A stretch of 64,000 bases of DNA from Bdellovibrionota bacterium. GTDB lineage: Bacteria > Bdellovibrionota_C > UBA2361 > JAAYZI01. The stretch lies in the NCBI GenBank assembly GCA_050950765.1, contig JBMNIF010000002.1, forward strand, positions 896,001 to 960,000. The letters are read 5' to 3'. Position numbers and translations under genes: made by a program. The notes beneath the pieces were generated by a model, which was given only the letters and a program-made list of their open reading frames with translations, did not search any database and was not told the DNA's origin. Below are positions 30,963 through 40,908 of the stretch, in pieces. The stretch's first letter is position 1, and the number at the start of each line of letters is the position of its first letter.

Positions 30963-31214
30963 TATAAAAGACCCTTATTTTTCGAGAAAACTACATAAAC
31001 GTATAGACGTAGAGATAGTATATAAAAAAAAACAAAAAGTAACTAGGTGCTAAGATATTATGCGTTGTGGCTCATAATTCAATATCACTGAAATAGCGTA
31101 GGTGCCACTAAAAAGGAAGAGGGGGGTATTTTTAGAGTGAGTTAGGCGTAAATATTAGAGTGCAGATAGAAACAAGGTAGGGATGTCGTTTGGAGGAGTA
31201 TTAAGGGGAAAAAA

Positions 31215-32514
31215 TTACTCTAGCCCTGTTTTTAATAATAACCACCTATTTTCAGCAGGTGCGCCCGTTCGGGAGGTTCCCATACGCACCCAGACTTTCG
31301 CCATGAAGATGAAATTAATATAACCGTCTTTTGCCACAGCTTCTGCTGGTGGATGTGGGTCTCTAGCACTACTATGAATAGCTTGCAAAACTGCTTCATC
31401 AAAGTTTCGACTCTCTGATTTTTGTAAAAACTCAACGTCTTTTAATTCACCCGTAGGAGAAAGTTTGGCGCGAAAAACTGCAGAGCCTTTAGCTGCACGG
31501 ATATCAGCGGCACTTAAAGCGCTCCAACTCTGTTGTTTTAAACGATAAAAAACTTGAGTTGCGACGCGTCTAACAAAGGTGGCGAATTTATCAGCTTTGG
31601 CGTTAAGTAATGTTATATCGCCATCACTAATTCCAGGGATATAATCACTAGAGCCGTTTATGCCGATAAAGCGCGCGCCACTTCCGCTCGATCTTGAAAA
31701 GGGGGCGGGGTCTGCAACTTGCAAAGGCTCTGAGGTGTCGTATTGTTTACCATGCCCCAACTCACTAAGTAGGGCGTAGTCCGGACTTAAGTCTAAGGTT
31801 TGTGATTGTGATGATGTGGCTAAGTGATTATCAGAGAAGATCGCTCCCTTTCCACTTGCTCCACCACTTGCGGAGATATTTTTAGCGGTGCCTACTATTT
31901 TAGAAGACCCTTTTGAAGGGTGTGTAGATCCAGTAGAAGTTTGACTCTGTTTATTAGTAGCCTTTGAAGAACCTTTTACATTAGTTAGTCTTTGCTTATT
32001 AGCAGCTTTTGAAGAGCCTTTTACGTTAGTTAGTCTCTGCTTAGTAGTAGCTTTTGAAGAACCTTTTACAGAATAGTTCCCGAAGGGAGCGTTTTTTAGT
32101 TCAGATCCAGCGTCTAAGCCGTCGCCACGCCGAATCTGCTCTTTTTCTGCAGCAGAATCTGTATCTGAAAGAAATCTAGTCGGTTTTTTTTGGCGTTTGA
32201 TTTAATCCTGCATCTGGAGTGGTGACGATCTGCCTTTCCGATAGAGTTAGAGGCATTTGCTCTAGTTGTTTAATATTTTTTAAAGGTATTTTGGAGGAGT
32301 GAGGCGGGCTCTGTTTAGGAATGGCGTTAACCATCTCAACAGCAAAGATCTTTTCTTCTACCTTCTTCGGTGCGGTGCTTTGTTTACTGAGTAAGAGATA
32401 AAAAAAAGCGAGGTGTAAAAGCAGTGATATTGAGAATGCCGAAAAAAAATAACAATTTGTTTTTGTGTGTTGAAGTGGTATTTCGCCTAACACATTAAAA
32501 GTTTGTTCTGTCAC
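31215..32514 (-). pseudogene. TonB C-terminal domain protein with a frameshift in an A8 tract
   Basis: The TM motif SISLLLHLA is in one frame. Removing one A from the run at 32184-32191 joins it to an open frame (PTRFLSDTDS...EQIRRGD) continuing into ORF 31215-31760 (TonB-C-like). Start is approximate. Confidence 0.8.
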
Positions 32515-32719
32515 AGTTTTTTCGCCATATCCAAAGGTGTTTCTGTTTGTTCGGGATCTCGATTTTGGCGGGATCGTAACGATCAGAATAGCATAACGGG
32601 GAGGATCGGGAAAATCGATAAGTTGCCTTCTTCTACGACTTGTTAGATGGTGGTGTGCCGATGATTCATTTCTGTTATAATACCTTGAACAGGCTGGCTT
32701 AAAATAGAGGGGGCTTTTT

Positions 32720-32905
32720 ATGTTTGCATCATGGTGGGAGTGGGGTGTCGTTCTTCTAGTTATCGTGTTGTTGTTTGGGACAAAACGGTTGCCTGAACTC
32801 GGATCTGGTTTGGGAAAAGCTATCAGCAATTTCCGTAAATCGTACCGCGGAGAAAACGTAGATTCCGACACCTCAGAAGCTAAAAAAGAAGCTAAAAAAG
32901 AGTAA
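32720..32905 (+). CDS. tatA: Twin-arginine translocase TatA/TatE
   Basis: [25 protein letters not shown]. Confidence 0.93.
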   Translation: MFASWWEWGVVLLVIVLLFGTKRLPELGSGLGKAISNFRKSYRGENVDSDTSEAKKEAKKE

Positions 32906-33241
32906 CAGGTGTAATAAAAAATACGTGAGGCTTAAAACAGGTACCACGTACCTTGCTAGAATGTTTTTATAGGAGGGGGTGCCAAATGTGGTGTTGCGCA
33001 CTACCTTTTCTTCTCTAGGGGTATTTAAACTTTCCATAAAAGCAGTTACTTACGCCTTTGAAGTTACTGCCGATATCTTCTTTGCCTCATCTCTCACAAT
33101 TTCTGGGGATACCTTCTAAATAGCAGAAAGAATGAAGATACTTTCGATTCTGTGCTTAATTGTTGTATTATGAAGCAAAGAATAATAACGACTGTTCTTA
33201 ACGAAAAATAGATAAATGGCACAAAAAATTAAGGATTTAAC

Positions 33242-34204
33242 ATGGGAAGCAACTTGCAATTATCTTTAATAGATTTTGAAGATAATAACAGCCAAATGTT
33301 AGAGAGAAAAATAACCAGCACTTATCCCACGTGCAATTTTGGAAGCCTATTTAACCCTAATAATTTTGAAGAAATTCATAATAGTCATGCAATGAATATT
33401 CTTGGAGATTCACTTCAAGTTTTAAAATATATAAAAGACAAAACAATAAATTTAATTTTTGCAGATGCACCGTATGGGATTGGAAAAGATTTTGGAAATG
33501 ATAGTGATAAATGGGAAAATGTTGATGCGTATATAAGTTGGTGTAAATTGTGGATTGATGAATGTATGCGAGTTCTAACTGATGATGGGACGATGTATTT
33601 TATGACAGCCACACAGCATATGCCTTTTTTAGATGTGTATGTTTCAGAGAAGTATAATGTATTGTGTAGAATAGTGTGGGCTTACGATAGCTCTGGCGTG
33701 CAATCTAAAAAAATTTATGGTTCATTATATGAGCCTATTTTAATGATCAATAAAACAGCAAAATCAACGTATATATTTAACCATGACGACATTTTAGTAG
33801 AGGCGAAGACGGGAGCAAAAAGAAAACTTATTGATTATAGGAAAACTCCACCTCAAGTTTATAATGATAAGAAAGTGCCGGGTAATGTATGGGATTTTTC
33901 TAGAGTAAGATTCAAAATGGATGAATATGAAAATCATCCTACGCAAAAACCAGAAGCGTTGTTAGAAAGGATAATTAGAGCATCATCCAATGCGGGGGAT
34001 GTTGTTTTAGATCCATTTTCAGGATCGTTCACTACCTCTGCTGTGGCGAACAAAATTGGGAGAAATGCTATTGGAATTGAACTGAATCCAGATTATTTTG
34101 AAATAGGAATTAGGAGACTTGGTATCGCATCAGAGTATAAAGGAAAACTATTAAAAAAAGAGAAACTTCGTAAAACCAATGCCAAATCAAAGTATGTAAG
34201 GTAA
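33242..34204 (+). CDS. Type II DNA methyltransferase, beta class (YhdJ-like)
   Basis: Motif IV variant DAPY, then HPTQKPE and VLDPFSGSFTT; AT-rich. Confidence 0.9.
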   Translation: MGSNLQLSLIDFEDNNSQMLERKITSTYPTCNFGSLFNPNNFEEIHNSHAMNILGDSLQVLKYIKDKTINLIFADAPYGIGKDFGNDSDKWENVDAYISWCKLWIDECMRVLTDDGTMYFMTATQHMPFLDVYVSEKYNVLCRIVWAYDSSGVQSKKIYGSLYEPILMINKTAKSTYIFNHDDILVEAKTGAKRKLIDYRKTPPQVYNDKKVPGNVWDFSRVRFKMDEYENHPTQKPEALLERIIRASSNAGDVVLDPFSGSFTTSAVANKIGRNAIGIELNPDYFEIGIRRLGIASEYKGKLLKKEKLRKTNAKSKYVR

Positions 34205-34211
34205 GTTTTTT

Positions 34212-35285
34212 ATGAAAATAACAGAGAGCTTTATTGAAGATATTTTGTTGTCATCTTATGGCGATAAATATCAAGAAATTTATGATCGCAGTTACCTTAT
34301 ACAGTACCTTGATAAAAAAATGGGGGCTATTCATGGGAATTGTAAGACGAGGAGGAGCCTTGCAAATATTTACGCTATTTATTCGATCTTAAATTTTTAT
34401 AGAAATGATTTTTATAATAATCCCAAAAGTTACAGAAAATTTTTAGGTTATGATTACACCCAACTTTTGAGTTTTTGCAGAAGTCTATATGGGGGAAATA
34501 AGTTGCAAAACCATGCGTTTAATTCAAGAGTAAATAGTGAATTTAAAAATAAGTTTCAGAATGTTGCTAATGATTTAATCATTATAAATAGTGGAAAATA
34601 TTTATTACATATTGATTATTTATACATAGGTAAAATAGATATTAGTCAAGTGTGTTGCGAGATTATTGAGAAATATATCGATTTGCTGATTGAAAAAGAT
34701 CATGCTCTTGTGGGGATCTTGCAAAATATTAAAAGAACAAATGACTATAATAAAAAGAAAGATCTGATTAAAAGCCTACTAACGGAAGATGCAGAAGCGC
34801 GTATTTTTGAAATCATCAGTTATAGTATTTTAAAAAATCATTATAGGCATATTGAAATTTATTGGGGATATACAAAGAGCTCACTTGTCAAAGATAAATT
34901 AGAATTGTTTAAAACAGGAAGGACTAATGCAAATGATGGTGGAATAGATTTTGTTATGAAGCCATTAGGTAGATTTTTCCAAGTTACAGAGGTTGGCAAT
35001 TATGACAAATATTTATTAGATCTTGATAAGGTTTTACATTTCCCAATTACATTTGTTATCAAAACAAAATTAGAAAAAGAAAAAGTTCTTAAAGATTTGA
35101 ATGAGCATATTAAAATTAGAGCAAATGGGATGAAGGTGATCCAAGAGAGATACTATAAAGCAATTGAAGAAATAATTACCATCAATGAGTTAATTCAATG
35201 GATCGACGAACTTGGAAACCGAGATATCGCAAATATTCTTCGTGATATCGATATTTGTTATAAGTTAGAAATGAATATTTTTTAA
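34212..35285 (+). CDS. Type II restriction endonuclease (putative)
   Basis: Adjacent to the MTase; ARIFEI...TGRTNANDGGIDF...FFQVTE is a PD-(D/E)xK-like core; AT-rich. Confidence 0.75.
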   Translation: MKITESFIEDILLSSYGDKYQEIYDRSYLIQYLDKKMGAIHGNCKTRRSLANIYAIYSILNFYRNDFYNNPKSYRKFLGYDYTQLLSFCRSLYGGNKLQNHAFNSRVNSEFKNKFQNVANDLIIINSGKYLLHIDYLYIGKIDISQVCCEIIEKYIDLLIEKDHALVGILQNIKRTNDYNKKKDLIKSLLTEDAEARIFEIISYSILKNHYRHIEIYWGYTKSSLVKDKLELFKTGRTNANDGGIDFVMKPLGRFFQVTEVGNYDKYLLDLDKVLHFPITFVIKTKLEKEKVLKDLNEHIKIRANGMKVIQERYYKAIEEIITINELIQWIDELGNRDIANILRDIDICYKLEMNIF

Positions 35286-35338
35286 GAGCGAGTTAAAAGT
35301 GTGTAAACTTAAAAAAAGTTATTATGAAAGACCGCTAA

Positions 35339-35385
35339 CAATTTCCGTAGATCGTACCACAGAGAAAATGCAGGTGTAATAAAAA
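35339..35385 (+). repeat. Degenerate copy of the tatA 3' region
   Basis: 35339-35370 matches 32827-32858 (28/32); 35371-35385 matches 32906-32920. Confidence 0.8.
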
Positions 35386-35407
35386 GCAGGCGCAGGGTGG
35401 CACTAGA

Positions 35408-36778
35408 TCACTGTGCGGCGTAGATGCGGGCGGAGTAGAAGTTTGCGGCATCAATATTTTTATCAAAAAGACCGATCGCAAAATCTTGGGAGCTCCCTGG
35501 TTCTAGCTCATACTTACGAGCGACACTTTTTTCTTGCAACTCTTTTATCATAGCTGGAGTAAAAGACTCGATCCTTGTTTTTGCTAAAGTTGAATTGGCA
35601 TTAACTTTTTGCGAGGTAACCTTTCTGCCTGAAGCATCGAAGGCGAGCCCCTCTATCGTAATATCAGCAAAACTTTTTTCCGTATTGTTTTGCAGTGAGC
35701 CAGAGATGAGATGAACAACTTCACCAGATTGTAAGGCAACCTGCTTCATCTGTAGATCTGAAATTATTAACCCTGCAGGTGGTGGCGGTGTCGGTTGCGG
35801 TAAAAGCGGTTTTAGCATGGAGTGAAACCCTAAAAAATCAGGGAGTGCTAAGATTAAAAGCAGAAGGATCATAGGAGCCGTGATTAAAGCAGGAGTTAGC
35901 CACGGATATTTTGTTATAGCGTTAGTTTGAAGTGGGTTCTCTTGAATAACGGTAGCAGGCTCTCTATAAAATCTGGATTCCGAGTTTTCTCGAGATGCTT
36001 CAAAAGGGTGTTTTTCAGGACTTTTATCAAAGGAGAATAGAGACTTTGATCGTTCTTTTGGAGTTGCAGTATCTGCAAATTCAAAACTTATCTGTTTGGC
36101 ATCTTTTAAGTTACCGTACTCTTCTGTCTCTTCTGTTGTAGGGAGGAGGGTGGCATCTTCTACCTCTTCACTATTTTGACGAGAGGTGGAGAAGAACGGC
36201 GATTCCTGTTGTGAAACCGTTTTTGCAACAGGGTTTATCTCCGAAACTTCTGTTTTAGGTACGGTTCTTTCAGAGGGTGTAGCGGAGCCCTCTTCTTCTT
36301 CCCAGCCGGTGGTCCACTTTGTGACATCATGAAATTTTAGTGATGAGGTTGGAACGTATTGTTGAGACTTACCCCCTTTAATGTCAGATTCTGCAAAAGG
36401 ATCAAAAGAATCATCACTACTTACTTCATCTTCCGTTGCACAAAACGTCTCAGCCCCACTTTCTTTTTCGGACGATACTGTTTTTGAGTATGGCTTGGCA
36501 CTGCTATCCGTATCGGTTTTAATATCTTCAGTGGATTGTGACCCTAAAGTGGATTCTTCAGGACTCCAGCCAGCTTCTGCTGCATCAAAGATCGAATCGC
36601 AACGAGAGCAGTGAAAGCGGGGGTCTTCGATGCCACTTAATGATGATTCCGGTAGCGCAAAACGTGCTTGGCATTGGGGGCATTGAATAATAAAGGTATG
36701 ATCGGATTCTTTATCTGGTGTAGCAGCTTTTGCCGCTGCAGCCCTAAAAATACTTTTTTTTTGAAAACCCCGTGCCAT
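35408..36778 (-). CDS. MJ0042-type zinc-ribbon / DUF3426-like membrane protein
   Basis: IQCPQCQARF...FHCSRCDSIF, acidic linker, TM helix, C-terminal ISGSLQNNT domain. Confidence 0.8.
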   Translation of the reverse strand: MARGFQKKSIFRAAAAKAATPDKESDHTFIIQCPQCQARFALPESSLSGIEDPRFHCSRCDSIFDAAEAGWSPEESTLGSQSTEDIKTDTDSSAKPYSKTVSSEKESGAETFCATEDEVSSDDSFDPFAESDIKGGKSQQYVPTSSLKFHDVTKWTTGWEEEEGSATPSERTVPKTEVSEINPVAKTVSQQESPFFSTSRQNSEEVEDATLLPTTEETEEYGNLKDAKQISFEFADTATPKERSKSLFSFDKSPEKHPFEASRENSESRFYREPATVIQENPLQTNAITKYPWLTPALITAPMILLLLILALPDFLGFHSMLKPLLPQPTPPPPAGLIISDLQMKQVALQSGEVVHLISGSLQNNTEKSFADITIEGLAFDASGRKVTSQKVNANSTLAKTRIESFTPAMIKELQEKSVARKYELEPGSSQDFAIGLFDKNIDAANFYSARIYAAQ

Positions 36779-36919
36779 ACAGTGTAACCTTGAATTCTTA
36801 ACACCCTTTAATTTAAAACAATCTGATTATTCATACCAGTGGAAAATTGTCTTATCTGGGTGTAAATTGTTAAAAAATCGCTTTAAATATTAAGATTATT
36901 AAAGTTGAGTTTGTGAGAG

Positions 36920-37681
36920 TTGATTATGAAGATAAATCCGGAACGACTGGTTATCGGGAAACGTGCTGTGGCGGAAGTGTTGAGGAGCTCCTCAGAACGG
37001 GTGGAAAGTGTACTTTGTGCAGCTCGTTCCGGAGTGCCGGAAGGGGAGGTGCAAGACCTCGTTGCAAAAACAGGTATAAAAATAAAAAATATAAGACAAG
37101 ATGAGCTTTCGGATCTATCAGCTTCGGATTCTCACCAAGGGATCGCAGCAGTTTTAAAAGAGCGGCGTTATGCTACCCTTAATGAATTGATACAGAGATC
37201 AAAATATAGTGCGACCTCTCTTTTGGTGATGCTGGATGGCGTTTCAGATCCGCACAATCTCGGGGCTGTTATGAGAGCGGCAGAGTGTTTCGGTGCCGAC
37301 GGAATTATCTGGTCTAAAAATAGAGGGGTTGGAATTACTCCCGTTGTGACAAAAACATCAGCGGGGGCTAGTGAATTATTAGCGGCAGTTCCTGTCAGTA
37401 ATTTAGCTGACGCTCTTAAAAAACTCCAAGCAGAAGGGTTTTGGAGTGTGGCTGCGGCGCTTACAGAGGATGCAGAGCCGTTAGCTGATTTTAAGATTGC
37501 GCAGAAAACAGTTCTGATTTTAGGTTCCGAAGGGAAGGGGATTAGTCCGTTAATCTTAAAGTTGGCTGATTTCGTTTTGCAGGTACCGATGGAGGGTTCA
37601 ATCTCTGCCCTTAATGTCTCTCAAGCTGCAGCTGTCTTTATGTACGAATTACGACGTAAATTAAATATGTTAGATATCTAA
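36920..37681 (+). CDS. rlmB: 23S rRNA (G2251-2'-O)-methyltransferase
   Basis: HQGIAA, LDGVSDPHNLGA, GSEGKG and LNVSQA. Confidence 0.92.
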   Translation: MIMKINPERLVIGKRAVAEVLRSSSERVESVLCAARSGVPEGEVQDLVAKTGIKIKNIRQDELSDLSASDSHQGIAAVLKERRYATLNELIQRSKYSATSLLVMLDGVSDPHNLGAVMRAAECFGADGIIWSKNRGVGITPVVTKTSAGASELLAAVPVSNLADALKKLQAEGFWSVAAALTEDAEPLADFKIAQKTVLILGSEGKGISPLILKLADFVLQVPMEGSISALNVSQAAAVFMYELRRKLNMLDI

Positions 37682-37876
37682 AAAGTTTTTTATAATATGT
37701 TATTTTTTTGTGGATGTGAGCGGCTACCATTTTTTTACTTTTTGAAAACATCTGCCGTTGCGGTATTTCTGCTATTGAGACGTGGACAAAAGCTTTTACT
37801 TAAAGTAAGTTAAAGCGTATTTTTATCTGCCATAGCCGTGCGGTGTAGGGCTTTTTATACAGTTTAGGGGGCTCCT

Positions 37877-38695
37877 TTGGGCGAACAACTCTGTGGTGAA
37901 GAGTATTCTCATTTTTTTAAGGTTGATCTGGACTTCTTTCAAGGACCGGTGGATCTTCTGTTGCACTTGGTGAAACAGAATGAACTCCCTATTGAGAAGG
38001 TTTCGTTGGCTGAAGTCGCAACGCAATATCTTGAATGTATTGAGGCTTTACACCTTGTAGACCTTGATATCGCGGGTGAGTACCTTGTTATTGCAGCGAC
38101 CCTTTTGTCGATAAAGTCGAGTGTGTTGTTAAATGAGCCTGTTGAGTTGGTGCAGGACGAAGAAGGGAACTTGATAAATCCGCATGATGAATTACTTAGA
38201 AGGTTGCGTGAGGCGGAGATTTATAGGGATGGCGCTGCCTTTCTTGGGAAAAAGAGTTGTCTTGGTTTGGAAGTCTTTGCAGCACCGAGCACCTTAGGGA
38301 AGAGTGCTTCAATGAATGCTCCGTTAAAAGAGCACGATCCGATGTTGTTAGGACGCGCTTTTCGTAAATTGTTGGAGCGTACTGCAAAGGATAACTATCG
38401 CGTTGAATTCGTCAAAGTATCTGTTGTTGATCAGATGGTGTTTGTGCTGGATACTTTACGAGGTGCGGGGGGGATTATTTCGTTTCAAAAACTGATGGAG
38501 GGTTTTGATAATAGAATAGTATTGCTAGCGTCATTTATAGCGTTACTTGAATTGTGTAAGAAGCAGGCTATTGTAGTCTCTCAAGAGGATAGCTTTTCAG
38601 ATATTACCATTACGTTAATTGATGAAGGTGCTGAAATAAAGGATTTTGCTTCCGAGTTTGATACGCAGGAAGCTTTAGCAACGGTTAATGCATAA
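37877..38695 (+). CDS. scpA: Segregation and condensation protein A
   Basis: FQGPVDLLLHLV, AGEYLVIAATLLSIKS and FIALLEL. Confidence 0.93.
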   Translation: MGEQLCGEEYSHFFKVDLDFFQGPVDLLLHLVKQNELPIEKVSLAEVATQYLECIEALHLVDLDIAGEYLVIAATLLSIKSSVLLNEPVELVQDEEGNLINPHDELLRRLREAEIYRDGAAFLGKKSCLGLEVFAAPSTLGKSASMNAPLKEHDPMLLGRAFRKLLERTAKDNYRVEFVKVSVVDQMVFVLDTLRGAGGIISFQKLMEGFDNRIVLLASFIALLELCKKQAIVVSQEDSFSDITITLIDEGAEIKDFASEFDTQEALATVNA

Positions 38696-38698
38696 GTT

Positions 38699-39655
38699 AT
38701 GATGATGGATGTTGAAGAAATAGAGGCTCTCGATCTTATTGATGTTGATAAAGATAGCTCTGAATTGTCGAACGGTTCTGAGGATCAAAGTTCTGGATCC
38801 ATTCAGTTTATAGGAGATGTCGCTACGCTTGAGGATGCCCTTGAAGATGATGATGATCTTGGGGTGTTATCGGAGAGTGAGAGTGTTCCTGCCATAGAGG
38901 CGATGTTGCTTGCTAGTGGAGATCCTTTAGCGGTTAGTAGGATCTGTGAGGTGACGGGGTTAAGTGAGGGGAAAGTTCGTGACGCTTTAGAAAGTATTCA
39001 GATGAGTTATGAGAGTGACGAAAACGGCTTTGAGTTGGTTAATGTCGGCGGGCGCTTTCAGTTCAGAACGAAAGCTAAATACGGGCGTTTTGTCTTGGCG
39101 CTAAAGGAGAGTAAGCCGAGACGCTTAAGTCATGCAGCCTTAGAGACGTTGGCGATCGTTGCTTACAGACAACCTGTTGTTAAATCAGATATTGAAAAGA
39201 TTAGAGGTGTTGATGCCACCCCTACCTTAAAAACGCTTTTAGATAAAAATCTAGTTAAAATTGTTGGGCATAAAGAAGCGGTGGGACAACCTGCTTTATA
39301 CGGAACAGGGGATGAGTTTTTAAATCTTTTTGGGATGTCCAGTTTGTCGGATCTTCCTACACTAAGAGACCTGAAAGAGTTTGAAAGAGATCCAGGTGAA
39401 GACGGCACAGCAAGTGATTGTGAAGATGAAGGAGAAGAGATAGATGGTGCAGAAGACGGGAGTGAAGAAACAGTCATTTCAGAAGGGTGCCAAGAGGAGG
39501 AGTGCACCTCCAGCGCAGAAGCAGAAGAGCAAAGGGGTGGAGAAGAAACGATCGTACAAAACGACGACGACCACTTCACAACGTCACTCTGCGCAGAAGA
39601 GTCCGAAGAGAAATTCATCTCGTCCGAAGACGGCAAGAAGTGCCAAACCTGCTGA
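38699..39655 (+). CDS. scpB: SMC-Scp complex subunit ScpB with acidic tails
   Basis: LSHAALETLAIVAYRQPV, IEKIRGV and LYGT...FL..FG...L.DLP. Confidence 0.95.
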   Translation: MMMDVEEIEALDLIDVDKDSSELSNGSEDQSSGSIQFIGDVATLEDALEDDDDLGVLSESESVPAIEAMLLASGDPLAVSRICEVTGLSEGKVRDALESIQMSYESDENGFELVNVGGRFQFRTKAKYGRFVLALKESKPRRLSHAALETLAIVAYRQPVVKSDIEKIRGVDATPTLKTLLDKNLVKIVGHKEAVGQPALYGTGDEFLNLFGMSSLSDLPTLRDLKEFERDPGEDGTASDCEDEGEEIDGAEDGSEETVISEGCQEEECTSSAEAEEQRGGEETIVQNDDDHFTTSLCAEESEEKFISSEDGKKCQTC

Positions 39656-39665
39656 GACAGGGATA

Positions 39666-40754
39666 ATGCGGATACATAAATTCCTTGCGCAGTGTGGTGT
39701 TGCTTCACGGCGTAATGCTGAAGAGTTAATTAAGAAGGGGCGTGTCACGATCAATGGAGAGGTGGTGACACTTGGAGCGCTTACTAATCCGGAAGCTGAT
39801 GAAATTCGGCTTAACGGCAAGGTTATCACACCGATAAAAAAAGGTGTTGCTATCTTTAATAAACCGGCGGGGGTTGTCTCTACCTTAAGAGACCCGCACG
39901 GACGAAGAACGATCGGAGACTTTATCCCAGATCATCTACGCTCATATTTTCCTGTTGGGCGGCTAGATTTTGAGAGTATTGGGCTTGTGATTTTAACTAA
40001 TGACGGCGATTTGGCGGATAGGTTGTTACATCCGAAATACGTTATTCCGCGGAAATATCACATTAGAGTTGTTGGTATTCCTAGTGATGACCTTCTGCGT
40101 AAGGTAGCTAAGGGGGTTAAGCTTGAAGATGGTGTTGTTAAAGCTGATGCCAGATTTTTACGCGAAGTTGAGAACGCAGCTTGGCTGGAGGTCATTCTGC
40201 ACGTTGGAAAGAATCGAGTTGTGCGCAGGATCTTTGAAGAGTTGGGGTATCCTGTGCAACGTCTGAAGAGAGTTGCGCATGGTCCTTTTAATCTTGGGGA
40301 TCTGCAGAGCGGAAAGGTAAAAGAGCTAAGTCAAAAACAGTATTTACGCGTCAGAGAGATGGTTTTTAAGGAGTTTGGTGCTGCCGTTGCTGGGAGGACA
40401 AAAGAATTAAATCAGAAGCAGCGCTCACGTGTTAAGGGGAAGGCTTTTAAAGAGTCTGCTGCTGCCGTTACTGAAAGGACAAAAAAGCCGTCCACTTCTA
40501 AGGCTCGTTTAGGTCGCCGTTTAGATGAATTAAATAAAGAGGTTTCAAGAGGTGGTAGAGTTTCCGAGCGGCGCCGAGAGGGAGATTCTAAAGAGCGTGG
40601 TGAAGGGAGTAGCGCTAGAGGGAGGGGTAAGACAGGATCATCACCCCGCTCTGGTGCTACCACTAGGAGGACTAGGAAGGGTAACGCCTCCGCCCCTACT
40701 AGAAACACTTCTAGTAGGAGTAGTAAACGCCCTGTATCTAAAAAGACGCGCTAG
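39666..40754 (+). CDS. rluB: RluB/RsuA-family rRNA pseudouridine synthase with basic C-terminal tail
   Basis: MRIHKFLAQCGVASRR S4 domain, PVGRLD and GKNRVVRR; start set at the ATG at 39666. Confidence 0.88.
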   Translation: MRIHKFLAQCGVASRRNAEELIKKGRVTINGEVVTLGALTNPEADEIRLNGKVITPIKKGVAIFNKPAGVVSTLRDPHGRRTIGDFIPDHLRSYFPVGRLDFESIGLVILTNDGDLADRLLHPKYVIPRKYHIRVVGIPSDDLLRKVAKGVKLEDGVVKADARFLREVENAAWLEVILHVGKNRVVRRIFEELGYPVQRLKRVAHGPFNLGDLQSGKVKELSQKQYLRVREMVFKEFGAAVAGRTKELNQKQRSRVKGKAFKESAAAVTERTKKPSTSKARLGRRLDELNKEVSRGGRVSERRREGDSKERGEGSSARGRGKTGSSPRSGATTRRTRKGNASAPTRNTSSRSSKRPVSKKTR

Positions 40755-40855
40755 CCTTACCCTATCTAATAAGTGTATAAAGTGGGGTGGTAGCTGCTTT
40801 TTAGATAAAATTATTTGTGACTGAATTAAAAATAAAGTAAATACTTTTATTAATA

Positions 40856-40884
40856 TTGACATCGTTCGCTATCTCGCACATAGT
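40856..40884 (+). promoter_or_regulatory. Putative MTase promoter with palindromic operator
   Basis: TTGACA-N17-CATAGT; the spacer holds the imperfect palindrome GTTCG-N6-CGCAC. Confidence 0.45.
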
Positions 40885-40908
40885 AAATATTATCAAACTA
40901 AGGCTACT

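Noticed and set aside
32515..32871. N-terminal part of ORF 32176-32871
   Set aside because: It is largely antisense to tatA; the real gene probably starts near 32514 or 32493.
39444..39665. 212-bp scpB/rluB coding overlap
   Set aside because: The S4 domain begins at the ATG at 39666; the extension is probably just the alternative frame of the ScpB acidic tail, though it cannot be fully excluded.
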